Below, in pieces: positions 12,730-26,569 of a stretch of DNA of 64,000 bases. Source of the stretch: Lama glama (Eukaryota); contig CM052818.1 in the NCBI GenBank assembly GCA_028534125.1, positions 28,956,001-29,020,000 on the forward strand, written 5' to 3'. Below the pieces are notes generated by a model. The model ran no database searches, was not told the DNA's origin, and saw nothing but the letters and a program-made list of their open reading frames with translations. How positions within the stretch are numbered: the first letter of the stretch is position 1; every line of letters begins with the position of its first letter. The translations under genes and the position numbers were made by a program.

Positions 12730-13512
12730 ACAAATGGATCATAGACATATTATAAAAGCTAAAACTCTAACACTGTCATAAGAAAACATAAAGAGTAAGT
12801 CCTCATGAGCTTGAGTTATGCAACGGATTTTTAGAAATGATACCAAAAGATGGATAACAAAAGAAAAAATTTGTAAATTGACTACAACAAAAATAAAAAC
12901 TTTCTGCTGTAAATGATACCAAGAAAGTGAAAAGACAACACACAGAATGGGAGAAAATATTTGCAAATCATACATGTGATAAAGGATTTGTATCTCAATA
13001 CAAACAGTCAAAGAGAAACAACTCAAATGAGTCAAACAACTCAACTGATGAATGGATAAAATGTGACATAACCATACAAAGGAATATTATTTCAGTCATA
13101 AAAAGAAATGAAGTTCTAACACATACTACAATGTTTAACACTTGAAAACATTATGCTATGTGAAAGAAACCAGTCACAAAAGGCCACATATTGTACAAAT
13201 CCATTTACAAAAACTGTCCAGAATAAGAAAATGTATAAACAGTAGATTACTGGCTGCTTAGAGCTAGGGGAAGAAGACAGGAGGGAAACGTGGATTTAAT
13301 GCTACTAGGTACAGGATTTCTTTCAGGGGGGATGGAAGTGTTTTAAAATTAGTTTATGGTGACGGTTGCAAAGCCCTCTGAATATAATAAAGTATATTTA
13401 AAGTTTAAGCATAAATAATATAAATATATAAGTATATTTAAACTACACTTTAAATACATGAATTATAGGCATGTGAATTATATCACAAATTCAAAGCTGT
13501 TTTTAAAAATAA
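12730..13512 (+). mobile_element. Ancient L1 (L1MB/L1MC-like) ORF2 3' part and 3' UTR with an internal deletion near 13040
   Basis: ORF track 12927..13145 KRQHTEWEKIFANHTCDKGFVS is L1 ORF2; 3' UTR gggggatggaagtgttttaaaattagtttatggtgacggttgca...gtgaattatatcac. Confidence 0.88.
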
Positions 13513-13516
13513 TCAA

Positions 13517-15966
13517 AAGGGGCTATACAAAGCAGACTAGATAATGCAGAGGAACGAACAAGTGACCTAGAAGACAGGATAACAGAAAGCACCCAATCAG
13601 AACAGCTGAGAGAAAAACAAATACAAACAAATGAAAACAACATAAGGAACCTATGGGATAATATAAAGCATAATAGGGGTTCCAGAAGGGGAAGAAAGAT
13701 TAAAGGGGATTAAAAAGGTACTGGAAGAAATCATGACTGAAAACTTCCCAAACTTAAAGACATCAGATATCCAAGTACAGGAATCTCAGAGGGTCCCAAA
13801 CAGGAAGAACACAAACAGACCCAAACCAAGACATATCATAATCAAGATGGCCAGAGTCAAGGATAAAGAAATGATCCTAAAGGCAGCAAGAGAAAAACAA
13901 AGAGTAAGTTACAAGGGAACCCCCATAAGGCTCTCAGCTGATTTCTCTACACAAACACTACAGGCCAGAAGAGAGTGGCAACATATATTCAAAGTCCTGA
14001 ATGAAAAAAAGATGCAGCCTAGGATATTTATACAGCAAGGCTATCTTTTAGGATAGAAGAAGAGATAAAGAAATTCACAGACAGCCAAAAACTAAAAGAG
14101 TTTAGCAACACTAAACCCATGCTAAAAGAAATACTGAAAGGTCTACTCTAAATAGAAAAGAAGCAGGATGCTACAGAAATGAGAAACTCATAACTGATAA
14201 GGTGATAACTCATGAATTACAAAAAGACTAAACACAAAATTGTAAAAGAAGACATCTAAATCATTAAGAGTGGGAAAGGGAAGGAAGAAAATATAGAGTA
14301 TTTTTTTCTTTCATTTTAAATTTTTTTCTCGGTAGGGTGGGTTTGAGATTATATTACTATCAGTTTAATAAAAACAGTTATAGTAATGGGCTAATAAATT
14401 TACAAGAAAAAGGTAACCACAAGTCAAAAATTTACAAGGGAGTCACAAAAATTAAATAAAATCCATGATAATACAAAGGAAAATTACCAAATCACAAAAG
14501 GAAGAAGAAAAGAACAAAGAGGATATACCAATTCCACTGCAAAGATACGTTCAAAATGGCAATAAACACACATCTATCATTAATTACTGTAAATGTTAAT
14601 GGNNNNNNNNNNNNNNNNNNNNNNNNNNNNNNNNNNNNNNNNNNNNNNNNNNNNNNNNNNNNNNNNNNNNNNNNNNNNNNNNNNNNNNNNNNNNNNNNNN
14701 NNNNNNNNNNNNNNNNNNNNNNNNNNNNNNNNNNNNNNNNNNNNNNNNNNNNNNNNNNNNNNNNNNNNNNNNNNNNNNNNNNNNNNNNNNNNNNNNNNNN
14801 NNNNNNNNNNNNNNNNNNNNNNNNNNNNNNNNNNNNNNNNNNNNNNNNNNNNNNNNNNNNNNNNNNNNNNNNNNNNNNNNNNNNNNNNNNNNNNNNNNNN
14901 NNNNNNNNNNNNNNNNNNNNNNNNNNNNNNNNNNNNNNNNNNNNNNNNNNNNNNNNNNNNNNNNNNNNNNNNNNNNNNNNNNNNNNNNNNNNNNNNNNNN
15001 NNNNNNNNNNNNNNNNNNNNNNNNNNNNNNNNNNNNNNNNNNNNNNNNNNNNNNNNNNNNNNNNNNNNNNNNNNNNNNNNNNNNNNNNNNNNNNNNNNNN
15101 NNACAAATGATCAACAGGCACATGAAAAAATGCTCAATATCATGAATTATCAGAGAAATGCGAATCAAAACTACAGTGAGGTATCACCTCACACCAGTCA
15201 GAATGGCTATCATTCAGAAATCCACAAATGACAAATGCTGGAGAGGCTGTGGAGAAAAGGGAATCCTCCTACACTGTTGGTGGGAATGCAGGTTGGTGCA
15301 GCCACTGTGGAAAACACCAGTATGGAGATTCCTCAAAAGACTAGGAATAGAGTTACCATATGACCCAGGAATCCCGCTCCTGGGCATATATCCAAAAGGA
15401 ACGTTACTTCAGAAAGACACCTGCACCCCAATGTTCATACCAGTACTATTTACAATAGCCAAGACATGGAAACAGCCTAAATGTCCATCAAAAGATGACT
15501 GGATAAACAAGATGTGGTGTATTTATACAATGGAACACTACTCATCCACAAAAACCAACAACATAGCACCATTTGCAGCAACATGGATGTTCCTGGAGAA
15601 TGTCATTCTAAGTGAAATAAGCCAGAAAGAGAAAAATACCGTATGAGATCGCTCATATGTGGAATCTAAAAAACAAAACAGAAATACAAAACAGAAACAG
15701 ACTAACAAACATAGAATACAAACTCGTGGTTGCCAAGGGGGCAGTCCGTAGGAAGGGACAGAGTGGGATTTCAAAATGTAGAATAAACAAGATTGTACTG
15801 TGTAGCACAGGGAAATATACACAGGATCTTGTGGTGGCTCACAGTGAAAGAGAATGTGACTATGAATGTATGTATGTTCATGTATAACTGAAAAATTGTG
15901 CTCTACACTGGAATTTGACACTACATTATAAAATGATTATAAATCAATAAAAAACGTTAAAAAAAA
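13517..15966 (+). mobile_element. Relatively young camelid-type L1: 5'-truncated in ORF1, ORF1 stop at 14149-14151, ORF2 start at 14556, assembly gap, ORF2 C-terminus, 3' UTR and poly(A)
   Basis: ORF track 13733..14056 (ENFPNL...PRHIIIKM..KDKEMILKAAREKQRVSYKGTPIRLSADFS) is ORF1. 14556 MAINTHLSLITVNVNG is the ORF2 start. 15158..15646 ([34 protein letters not shown]) is the ORF2 Cys-rich C-terminus. aataaa at ~15947. Confidence 0.95.
14603..15102. other. Assembly gap of exactly 500 N
   Basis: Counted directly in the sequence. Confidence 0.99.
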
Positions 15967-16011
15967 TAAACAGACCTTGTCCTTAGTGACAAAGTCATTT
16001 TATTTTTACGC

Positions 16012-16375
16012 AAATATCATTTATATGTGGAACCTAAAAAATTGGTATAAATGAACTTATTTACAAAACATAGACTCACAGACATAGAAAACAAACCTAT
16101 GGTTACCAAAGGGAAATGTAGGGGATAAATTGGGAGTTTGAGATTGAGATTAGCAGATACAAACTTCTATATACAGAACAGATGTACAACAAGGACCTAC
16201 TGTATAACTCAGGCAACTATATTCAATATCTTGTAATAACTTATAATGCAAAGAATCTGAAAAAGAATAGATATAGATATGGATATATATACAATGAATC
16301 ACTGCTATACACCTGAAACTAACACATTATAAATCAACTATTCTTAAATTAAAAAAGAAAAAAAAGAAAAGAAAA
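16012..16375 (+). mobile_element. L1 3' end, cetartiodactyl-type, with A-rich tail
   Basis: tatatgtggaacctaaaaaa...ataaatgaacttatttacaaaacatagactcacagacatagaaaacaaacctatggttaccaaaggg...gaatcactgctatacacctgaaactaacac. Confidence 0.9.
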
Positions 16376-17655
16376 TTCAGGGGTTTTTTTTCTGTTTCTA
16401 TGCTAGTTCTTTTATTTGTAATAAATTTGCAATCTTCAAGTTTCTATTCCACTTGTTTTCTTTTACTTCTACTTGAATTATTTTTATTTTCAGGAAATAA
16501 AAATGTATCTCGTCTGAGGTCTGACTGACCATGAAAAAAATGTATTTTGAAAAGAGCATTGGTTAAGTCTTAAGACAGAGTAGGTTAACCAGTAACACTT
16601 CCCTGCCAACTTTTCAACCATGACAAACTTGCCTGCACATGGAGCAGAAAAGACGAGAAAGGAGGCTGATAGTATATAAAGCTCCAGGTTGTATTCATCT
16701 CTCCAGAAAACTGTGGATATTAACTAACTACCCTACACTATGCATCTATAGAATAAAGAAGAATGACCCAGCTTTAATAAAACTAAATCTGATTTATAAA
16801 AATCAAAATTTATCAAAAGTATAAATAATGAAATTAATCAGAAAACATATTCATAGAAGGATTTCAGATAAGGTAACAGTTTTTAAAAGCATGCTCTTGT
16901 AGTGCATTTAAAATATGACTTCATTTATAAAACATGAATTACTCTTTTACCAAAACCTATTATTTAAAAATCCAGATTTATAAAGGCAAGTGGATTAGTG
17001 AGTTAGTTGCTAAATTCATAGAAAGGTTTCTTTAAAGATCATGCCACCTCCACATCCTACCTCCATGTACTAAAAATATGATTTAATTTGCCAGCAATAG
17101 ATAAAACGCAAATTCAGGGAAACACAGCCATTGTTAGAGCTAAATATGTCTGTATTTGGCTGTTTCTGTGGGCAAACAGGAAAACTGAAGATCTGAGTAA
17201 TTAAGTAGTCACTCTCGGATTAAAGCTTATAATTAGGTTCTTTTAGTTTCTTATCTATATAGTATTTATCTCTCTGTCTACAATACTAATACACAAATAG
17301 ATATAAATTACTCATGACAATGAAAGAAGCAGAGCAACGTAACACCAAATAGTGGATAGGTCTAAAATTATTTCATCTTAGTTTTTGGCCCTTTTTACTT
17401 GCTTTAACAATACACAGATAGGCATTATAAATCTAAATTCTTATGCACATAAACAAAAGTTCAGTAATATTAAGCAGAATGTCTATGAGAAGTAGATCCA
17501 GGAACAGAACCCCAACACATGCTAAAATCTCAGAGGAAGTCTTGAAAAAATATCATGGAACTAAGTCCTCTGATTTTAACTGATCAAAGCAAAATGAAAT
17601 AAAAGATTTTAGAAGTAGAGTACTATATACTGATGCTTTTCAAACAAATTTCATT

Positions 17656-17860
17656 AAAAAAAACTTTTATTTATTGAAGTAATACTGGTTTACAATAGTA
17701 TGTAAATCTCATGTGTACAACATTATATTTCAACTTCTGTGTACACTACACCATGCTCACCACCAAAAGTAGTTTCTATCCATCACCATACAGTTGATTC
17801 CCTTTACCCATTTCACCTCCCCCAACTTCCCATCTGGTAACCACTAATCTGTTCTCTGTA
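17656..17860 (-). mobile_element. 5'-truncated L1 3' end with perfect 16-bp target-site duplication
   Basis: tcaaacaaatttcatt occurs at 17640-17655 and 17861-17876. The body is the reverse complement of the 3' UTR at ~9365-9560 (same subfamily). Confidence 0.92.
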
Positions 17861-19535
17861 TCAAACAAATTTCATTTTTAAGTAGAACTTCAAAACGTAT
17901 TTATACTTTCAGAATCCTCTGATTAGCCTGGGACTGACTTTTATAAGAAATATACAAAGATAAGTTCATTGGACAGCTTGTATTTCTGCTTTTTGAGGCA
18001 AAACATGATAATAGACTTCCTCTGTCTAATCTACAGGTCCCAACTACCATGTAGCCCCCTAGGAGATCACTGCCAGGATGCAAGCATCATTATCATCAAC
18101 TCCCAAAACAAACTGTAAAATACCACTCAAGAAGAGAAATGCGTAATATGAATTCTGTTAAGATAGATCATTAGAAGTCCAGGGAACCTGAGCCTTGTGG
18201 CAATAAGGAAGGCTAAATGTTTACCAACAAGAGAGCACTATAACCAATTTAAAACTGAGTACATGGCCATATTCCAGATAATTCCAAGGCAGACAAAACA
18301 CTGAGCTTCATGTAAGATTCTAATCTTGACTAAGGACTTTATCTTATTAATGTACTCCCTGTCTAATAATCAAGTCTGACAAGGCCAGGTAAAAGGTAAT
18401 ATACTTAACAAAATAGGGAGCATGGGACTAAATAACACAAGGGAATAAAATTGCTTCTAACAATCTATTTAAAGATTCCAATAAGTAATTCTGGTTCATT
18501 CTGAATCTTGATAATGGAGCTACATATGAGTTCCACATAAATATGGAATGATTAAAAACAATGTTCTCAGACAATGAGTATTAAAGCTGGTTATGTTTGT
18601 GGAAAACAGATAAGTGACCTTTGGTGAAACCAGAACACTGAAACCGAACATACATATTGGATGTTCTATGAGAGGGAGGCTGTGGTTGAATGGAGACTGA
18701 AAAAAACAAAACAGTGCTATGAATAGAGACAGCCAGGCATGTAATTTCTGTCAAGACAAATTGGTTGATTAAAGCTGTTAGATACTGTGATACTACAAAA
18801 GAGGAGCTGGTGAGAAAATTTACTAAGCTCAAAAGAATAATAAAACTGAAAATGAACAAAGATTATAACATCACTTCAAAAAAATGAAGCTAATAATCAT
18901 GCTCTTTGTGTTGAGGTAACATTTTATCTTAGCAGTTCAGAGAATTTCACAGAATCACTGAATCATGACTTTTTACGATTAAAAGTGACCAAAAAGATAA
19001 TCTAGTCCACAGATCTAGGCTTCTGTCTCTTCTACATCTCCCATACACAATCATATTACCTATTTGAATCCTCCAGTAATCTCAGTTCCTCCTAAGTACA
19101 CCATCTGAGATCCATACAATGAAAACCTAGACTATTCCTATTTTGTCATTTTCTTTGCATTGAAGCACACAGCAATTTTTCTCATTAGGCCGAGCTGTAA
19201 GTTGATAGGGCAAGAGGACAGGAAAACAAGAGAGAGATACAAAATTTTGTAAGATAGAAAATAGGTTAAGTGGTAACTGACTGCAGATCTTAGAATGTTT
19301 GGGAAAAGTCTGCTAGATTTTAGAAGATTGAGAGCCAGAAAAAAAGGAAGGCCATTCTCACCTCGGGAGCCTGGGAAGACTTAGAAATTACAATACCTCT
19401 GAAAGTGGGGTACAGACTGTGATTATAAACCTGGTGGGGGTAGTTAAAACTTGCGTAAGAAACCAAACCTCCAGAACCACCCCACCCCCAATCCTGTACA
19501 GCTAAACAATAGTCCCACATGGTAGAAAATGCACA

Positions 19536-20193
19536 TATTCAAAATTGAACTGAATGCTCACTATATGCTAGGTATTGTTCTAAGAACTGTGGCTATGGCA
19601 GTAAACAAAAACAGAAAAATCTCTTGCCCTCATAGAGCTTATATTCTGGAGATAGACAGCATAATTAAATTATTTCAGGCAGAAATAAATGACAGGAGAA
19701 AAAAAAATCAAGCAGGGACAGAAGATATAAGGGCAAAGAGGAAGGAGGCCATTTTAAATAGGGGATGAGGGCATGAAAGGTTTTCCTGTGGGTGACAGCT
19801 GACCACAGAGCCAAGGAAGGTGAGGGACAGTTTTAGGCAACAGGAAGAGCAAACACAAGGGTTTGAAAAGGGAGTGTCCACATGGATGGAGTAGGGAGAC
19901 ATTCCCCATAAGGAGGCTAAGTTGACTTAAGCAGGATGAGTGGAGTAGGGAATGAAAGGAAACCGGGTCTGGAGTGAATGAAGGGGAGGGAAGAAGGAGA
20001 ACAAGTCGAGCAGAAGGACAGCAAGAGCTAAGACCCTGACAGCAAATTTAGTTGGAAAACAGTCAACAAGGGACAGAGAAGACAAGGATGAGGTCTGAAA
20101 ACTGGCCAAAGCCAGAGCACAGAAGGCCCCCTCCATCTGAAATGAGGTTGATTTTACTCTGCTTGCCATGAAAAACTACGCAGACTGTAACAG
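19536..20193 (-). mobile_element. L2 3' region
   Basis: tgaatgctcactatatgctaggtattgttctaagaactgtgg...gtaaacaaaaacagaaaaatctcttgccctcatagagcttatattc..., reverse L2a-type. Confidence 0.82.
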
Positions 20194-20988
20194 AATCTGC
20201 TCTAGATTCCCTTCTGTAACCCCTCAGAGTAGGTCCTATAGTTAAATGCTCTCTTTAAGCTCTAGGACCCATAATACTGACCAATCTTGGCCCGGACTCT
20301 GTCTCTTCGACTCGAATCCCCATGTCTGCAGCCCCTCTGTGAGGCTATCATTTCTCTGTGCTCTGAGACAGTAGGAGGGTGACCTGATATCCTAGGCAAG
20401 AAACAGATCACTCATTCTGCCAGTACCTCTGTACTTTTCATGTGACATCGCTAAACATCTCCCAAAATGAGTATCTATTGCTTAATGTCTAATATTATGT
20501 GGGTTACAATGGCCTGATGCTTACAAAGTAAAAACTGGCCCAGAGCAAGAATCATCCCAACAGATAGAAATTTTCTTTCTCTTTAGTTACCTTGATATGT
20601 GAATAAACATTCTTCCGGTTTGGGATGCTACCATCGGAGCCACACTGGTGCCATTATAATGTACATGTGGGAATTACTTCAGCTCATAGTCATCCTGCAG
20701 ACAGTCTCTTCTAAGTCTAGGACTAGGGGTCAATGGAGAAGCAGGTCAGTTTCAGGAGACTCTTTGGAGGCTGAGCTTTAACATAGGTGATTCTGATAAT
20801 GTCCAGTTCTGTACTGATTACCCCAGCATACCCTCAGAATACTTAAAAGCTTCAAGCTTCATTAAAATTATTCAGTTTCTTCAGGGATGCTTTAAACTCT
20901 ATGGAAAGAACCCAGAACCAGAGTACATCCTACCAATTTGGGGATAGGTAGGCTGGCCACTTAATCTCTCTACCTCAGGGACCGCCAA

Positions 20989-21400
20989 CAGAGAGATTCT
21001 TAACTCTTAACCCAAGGTCAATGAATAGAAAATAAGGGGTCTGTGACCTGAATGGTTAAAAAAAATTCAATCTTTATTTTCACTAGCATTTAACTGAAAT
21101 CTAGCATGTTTTAAAGTATGACTAAGCAAAAAACCACAGTGAAACCAATGATATATGACTCTGTCACCATCAGAAATCAGAAATATTTTCATATCATATA
21201 ATTGGTCCAGATATCTCAAAATATGTTCATACCACTTCAATAAAGTGGAAGTTATTAGACTCATCACTAGATCTCATTATTCCATCTATTAAGAAAGCAC
21301 ATATATTGCCATACCACTTCTGTTATTTAAAATGTGGATAGCATATTTCATTATTATTGGACTCCATAATAGCCCTATGGATTTCTATTTATAATTCACC
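20989..21400 (+). mobile_element. hAT-Charlie DNA transposon remnant (Charlie4a-like)
   Basis: ggggtctgtgacctgaatgg...tctttattttcactagcatttaactgaaatctagcat...tgtcaccatcagaaatcagaaatattttcatatca matches my recollection of this family. Confidence 0.65.
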
Positions 21401-22709
21401 TGCCCTATAATGTGATCTGGGACACAAGGGCACATGGTACCAAAAGAAGAGGAAGGAGAAAGAGGAGGTAAAAAAAAGACAGGCTCCAAGGCTATCTTCA
21501 GGGTTGACAGATTTGGGGGCGTATGTTGCTCAAGATTAGTATTTGCTCCTGCAGGAGGAAGGACACTCAGATGTTTACAATGATTATGCTCATAAAATAA
21601 CACTTTATTAACGCTGTGCTGCTGCCAAGAACCAGAGATCCCGGCTAGAAGTCTGTGCTAGCACAATGCAACATACTTTCAGAGAATAAGTGGGCTCTCA
21701 GCATCATGGACACATCCGTGAATAAGCACAAATGAGCATATCCTGTCACTCTCCCCAACCCCTGCCAACATGCATTCCAGTGTTCGTTTGCCATTTCATC
21801 ACATTAAATTAGTTATCTCGTCTATGCCCTCAAAACCTGCTACCATCTACAATACTGGTTGACTGTCTCTCACTTTCCTCTTTCATCCTGTCCCCATTAC
21901 TCGTTTGATTTCCCAGGTTTCCTGTCTTGTACCTCTGCCTTCTCGTTCTCCCTGCCTCACCCATGGGTAATGCTTATAGCCATAAGCTGCTCTTTGGGGG
22001 CATGCTACATTAACAGCTATAGATGAAATGTCCCCAAACCACACCAGCTGTCCCACAACAGATGTCATCAGAGGACAGAGATGAGTGCTAGCAAGTGAAG
22101 GCAACATAGCCCCTTCTCTGGGAATCCTCTGGTGGGTGAATGTGGCTCACAGCAACTACCTGGGGCAAGCAGCAAATAATCTGCCAGGTTCAGATTTCCT
22201 TCCCATTGTTGCTTTTAAATTGTGGTAACTGGAGGAGCTCATAAGCAGATAATGAAATCAGTGCCCAGAAAACAGAACGGGAACAGGCTGAATTTGCATG
22301 GAGAACACAGCTAATGACAGAAAACACAGAATGCCTTTTTCATTAGAAGGAAAAAAGAAGGGTGGACAGAAAGAGGGAAGGAAAAGAGTTAAGTAAGAAA
22401 CGAAGCTGTAAATCACTTCTCATTAGAACATCATCCAGATTACCTTAACAATGGAGAAATAAAAGGGGCAATGATAAACAGGTGGCCAAGCTTTCTGACA
22501 TACCAGACATGAGTTAACTACAAGCAAAGTATAAATACATCTGTATTAATAGTCTAATTTTGTGGTTCAGCAGCAGTTCTTCAAAAACTATTTTAAATTG
22601 ACCAGTCTGCAGAATATGTTGCCCCCTTTTGCCTCACAGGAAGATGCTCGTGGTGAGAAGAGACACAAAATTATAATCATTGAAAGTGGTATATGTACAG
22701 TACAGAATT

Positions 22710-23775
22710 ATTATTCGCAAATACCGACCAGACTATGTCACTCTTCTATACAATGCTTGCCTAGATAGTCACAAAGCATTTAGAATAAATGCCAGCTTCC
22801 TTTCCACGTTGTACCAGACTTTCTGCAATTGGCCACTGCTGACGTTTCTCATCTCATTTTGGCCCAAGACCTGTCTTGTTCACTCCCTGTAGCCATACTG
22901 GCCTTTCTGTTCCTTAAACAAATCCCATTTTCCCACCTACAGCCTTTGCTTTTACTTCCTTTGCTTGGACTATTAAGCTCTCAAATTTTTCCATGACTCA
23001 TACTTTCTGTGATGGTTCATTTTGTGTCAACTTGGCTGGGCTAAGAGATGCCCAGATAGCTGGTAAAACATTATTTTGGGGTATGTCTGTGGGGATGTTT
23101 CTGGAAGAGGCTAGAATCTGAACTGATGGACTAAGTAAATATCACCACCTGCACGTGGGCATCATCCAATCTCTTAAGGGCCTAAACAAAACAAAAAGGC
23201 AGAGGAAGGGTGAATTTACTCTCTTTCTTCAGCCAGGACATTCATCTTCTCCTGCCTTTGGACATTAGCATTCCTGGTTCCTAGGCCTCCAGACTCAGAC
23301 TTGGACTTATAACACTGGCTCCCTTGCTTGTCAGGGCCTCGGGTTTGTACTGGAATTATACCACTGGCTTTCCTAAGACTCCAGCTTGCTGATGACAGAT
23401 TCTGAACCTCCATAATCACATGAGCCAATCCTTCATAATAAATCTCTATCTATCTTGCCTCACTATTGGTTCTGTTTCTCTGGAAAACCCTAATACACCT
23501 TTATCATATAGCTCACATGTCATCATAGTAAGGAAGACCTCCCTGTGCACCAAACTAATGATACCTCACCGCCAGTACCCTCTATCCTGTTACCTTACTT
23601 CATTTTCTTTACAGCATCAACCCTGTATGACATTTCTTTGCTTACCTTCCCCTGTCTTCTCCATTAGAGCAAGGGCCTTATCAGTCTTTCCCACTGTCAT
23701 GTCCCCAGCCATCAGAAGAACACTCAGCACATAGTAAATATTCAATACATGTTTGTGTGAATAGAATATTGAATG
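22710..23775 (+). mobile_element. L2 3' region interrupted by MLT2 (23008-23497)
   Basis: gactatgtcactcttc...ccatactggcctttctgttccttaaac...; downstream cactcagcacatagtaaatattcaatacatgtttgtgtgaat. Confidence 0.8.
23008..23497 (+). mobile_element. ERVL solo LTR, MLT2-family (MLT2B-like)
   Basis: tgtgatggttcattttgtgtcaacttggctgggctaagagatgcccagatagctggtaaaacatt...ctattggttctgtttctctggaaaaccctaataca; TG..CA termini. Confidence 0.9.
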
Positions 23776-24178
23776 ACCATACTTGCTTAGAATGAGTCAA
23801 TGGTGTCACTTGTTTTCCAAGTTCTGATAACTGTACCTTGAACCTTACATGACAAATGAACATACAAGTGCTCAGAGATCCAGAAGGAATTTCTTTTCTG
23901 AAACTAAAGTATATCGGTGACAGTCAAAATATTTTACTTTCTATCTTTTAGTTAGGCTCACCAGCCATTCCCACCTACCATCGCAGCAGCAGTGGGGAGG
24001 GACACAATAGAGTTAAACTCTGAAATTTGGTACAAACACATTAACTCGATAGGAAAAAAATACTACTGTTGCCATTTTATATAGTAATTTCATACACTAA
24101 GACTCAACAGGTATTATAGAATAAACCCGACTTTCAAAGACAGGCAGATTCCAATTCATAGCCCAACGCTTCCATTTC

Positions 24179-24549
24179 TGTCCTGGACTGAATTTTGTCT
24201 CCCCAAAATTCGTATGTTGAAGACCTAACCCCAATGTGACTGTATTTGGTGATAGAACCTTTAAGGAGCTAATCAGGTTAAATGACTGGGGCCCTAATCT
24301 GGTAGAATTGGTGTCCTTATAAGAAAAGAAAAACTAGAGATACCTCTATGCACACACAGAGGAAAGGACATATGAGGACAAGTGAGAAGGCAACCATTTG
24401 CAAGCTAAGAAGAAAGGTCTCACCAGAAAATCAACACTGCTGGCTCCTTGACCTTGGACTTAACATCCTCCAGAATTGTGAGAAAACAAATTTCTGTTGT
24501 TATCTAGTCTATGGTATTTCATTATGGCAGCCCAAGCAGATTACTAATA
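24179..24549 (+). mobile_element. MaLR solo LTR, MLT1A0-like, nested in a MIR (~24115-24700)
   Basis: tgtcctggactgaattttgtctccccaaaattcgtatgttgaagacctaacc...gtctatggtatttcattatggcagcccaagcagattactaata. Confidence 0.88.
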
Positions 24550-25752
24550 GAATCTCTAAAGATGTGATCATACACAAGTTATTAAACTTTCTAAGCCTCA
24601 AAGTCTATAAACCAGGGGGGAAACTCAGTTTGCAGGATTTTTGTGAGGACTAGAGATAGTCTTACGCACTTTCATAGTAGGTACTCAAAGGTATTATGGA
24701 GATCACTGTGGTCTACCCTTTAAGATCCTACTGATCACTGAAGATATTTGTCTCTACAAAGCCAACTGAATTATCAGTTAAGAAACCAACATGGTTCATC
24801 AACACCTTATAAAGCATATAATTTAGTGGTAAGACTAAATTCACTACCAAACAAATAAATAGAAAGGAGACTTTTAAATTCCAATTTATGTATAGACAAA
24901 GATTTATATGTCTTTATAGATATAAAATTATCAATTTGAAATACTCAAGAAATAACATTGTAACAAATATTCAGTAATTGTCAGAAAATCAAAGAATGTG
25001 ATTTATTTTATCAGGAATGTTATCTTCTCAGGTAAACACATATCTGGGCATCAGTTTCCTCACATGTAACAAGGGGGATTTGGTGTATATTATTGTAAAG
25101 GCCTGTCTAGCTCTTAGTCTGAGGTTCTATGGGCTGCTCTTCTCTGAAAAATAAGGCTACTGACACACAGTCTGTCATTATACGCTCTGGGGATATTTCT
25201 AGAAGACATAGATCTGGAAAAGTTCATCCATCCCTTCTCTAACGTACTCCCACCATCCCCTCGTTCTGATGAGGTGCACAGGATAGCCACCCAGAGTTGG
25301 CAGTAAGGTCTGGAGAAATGAAATCAGACAAAGTAAGTCTATGTCTTCACACATCCCCAGTAGTTTAGTCTCTCAGTAATACACCCTGTTCTACAACTAC
25401 AGATTGAGGGAGGTATTAGCATATAACTCCTGGGCTTCTGTTTATTCTATGGTGAGGAAAGTAAATTGTCATTGCTGATAACATGTCTTTCATGGCTCAG
25501 ATCACCATCATTGCACCAGAAAACCTGTTTTGATTTAATTTAGCCCACCCCTATGTGAGCTAAATGCCAAGTGCAATTCAAGATTTATGTGGTGTCGGGC
25601 CCCAGCAGAGCATGCAGAGAGACTTAGGGTCTGGGAAAGGCTTACAGAGAGAGGGGATATGGGTGTTTATATCTCAATCCTGAGTGCATGACAATAGAGA
25701 AGGGCTGGATTTGCTTCGTGTTCACTAAAATGCACTGAAGGCTATGCTCTTC

Positions 25753-25957
25753 TTTTTTTATTTTTTAAAATTTTTAAGCATTTTTTATTGAGTTAGTCAT
25801 TTTACAATGTTGTTTCAAATTCCAGTGTAGAACACAATTTTTCAGTTATACACGAACATACCTATATTCATTGTCACATTTTTTATTGCTGTGAGCTACA
25901 AGATCTTGTATATATTTCCCTGTGCTAAATAATATAATATTGTTTACATATTCTACA
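25753..25957 (-). mobile_element. 5'-truncated camelid-type L1 3' end
   Basis: Reverse complement of 15770-15965 (caaattccagtgtagaacacaatttttcagttatac...); T-rich tail; imperfect flanking repeat tatgc(t/c)...ttttt. Confidence 0.9.
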
Positions 25958-26490
25958 TATGCCTTTTTTTTTAAAGAGGGTGTTAACTGAGTATTTTACT
26001 TTTTCCTGAAAGGTTTGAACTTGCATATGAAGCATCTGGTCAGACAACCAAATGGATCTGTGCCCCTTCTGATAAAACACAGAACCGTGTTTTATGTCCT
26101 GTGGAAGTCTCCACAGTCTTCTCTTGATGTGATCTCAAGTCAAGAATGTGACAACATGAAAAATCACACTTGATCCCTAACACTTTCGTATTGCTGAAGC
26201 TTTCAACGGCATATCTAAAATAGTTTCTGATATTTATTCTGTAAATCACTTCAATAGAATGTTTTCCCACTCATCTTATGACAATAAAACCCATTTTACA
26301 GCACAATTATTAAACAACATTTAACTTAAATACTGCAATCTTTGTCTATTTGTCATGTTATCTGTATAGTTCAGAGGTTGTTTAATAAAAACACATAAAT
26401 TTTATTTCTTCATTTACAAAATGATATTTACTAGATTCTTCTTCTTGAATAACTCTAAAGCAAGGAAAAAGATTTACTGGCATGAAAACC

Positions 26491-26535
26491 ATATAAATAT
26501 ATACATATAAACTATATATATATATATATATATAT
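26491..26535. repeat. (TA)n microsatellite
   Basis: atataaatatatacatataaactatatatatatatatatatatat. Confidence 0.9.
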
Positions 26536-26569
26536 CTCCATCCATATCCAGATATATCAAAGTGAGTTT

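Noticed and set aside
14492..15231. Longest ORFs in the track (184-212 aa)
   Set aside because: Artefacts of translating through 500 N.
25985..26180. + strand acceptor-like site (tttactttttcctgaaag) with 38-52 codon open frames
   Set aside because: No downstream donor, unrecognised peptides and no supporting neighbouring exons.
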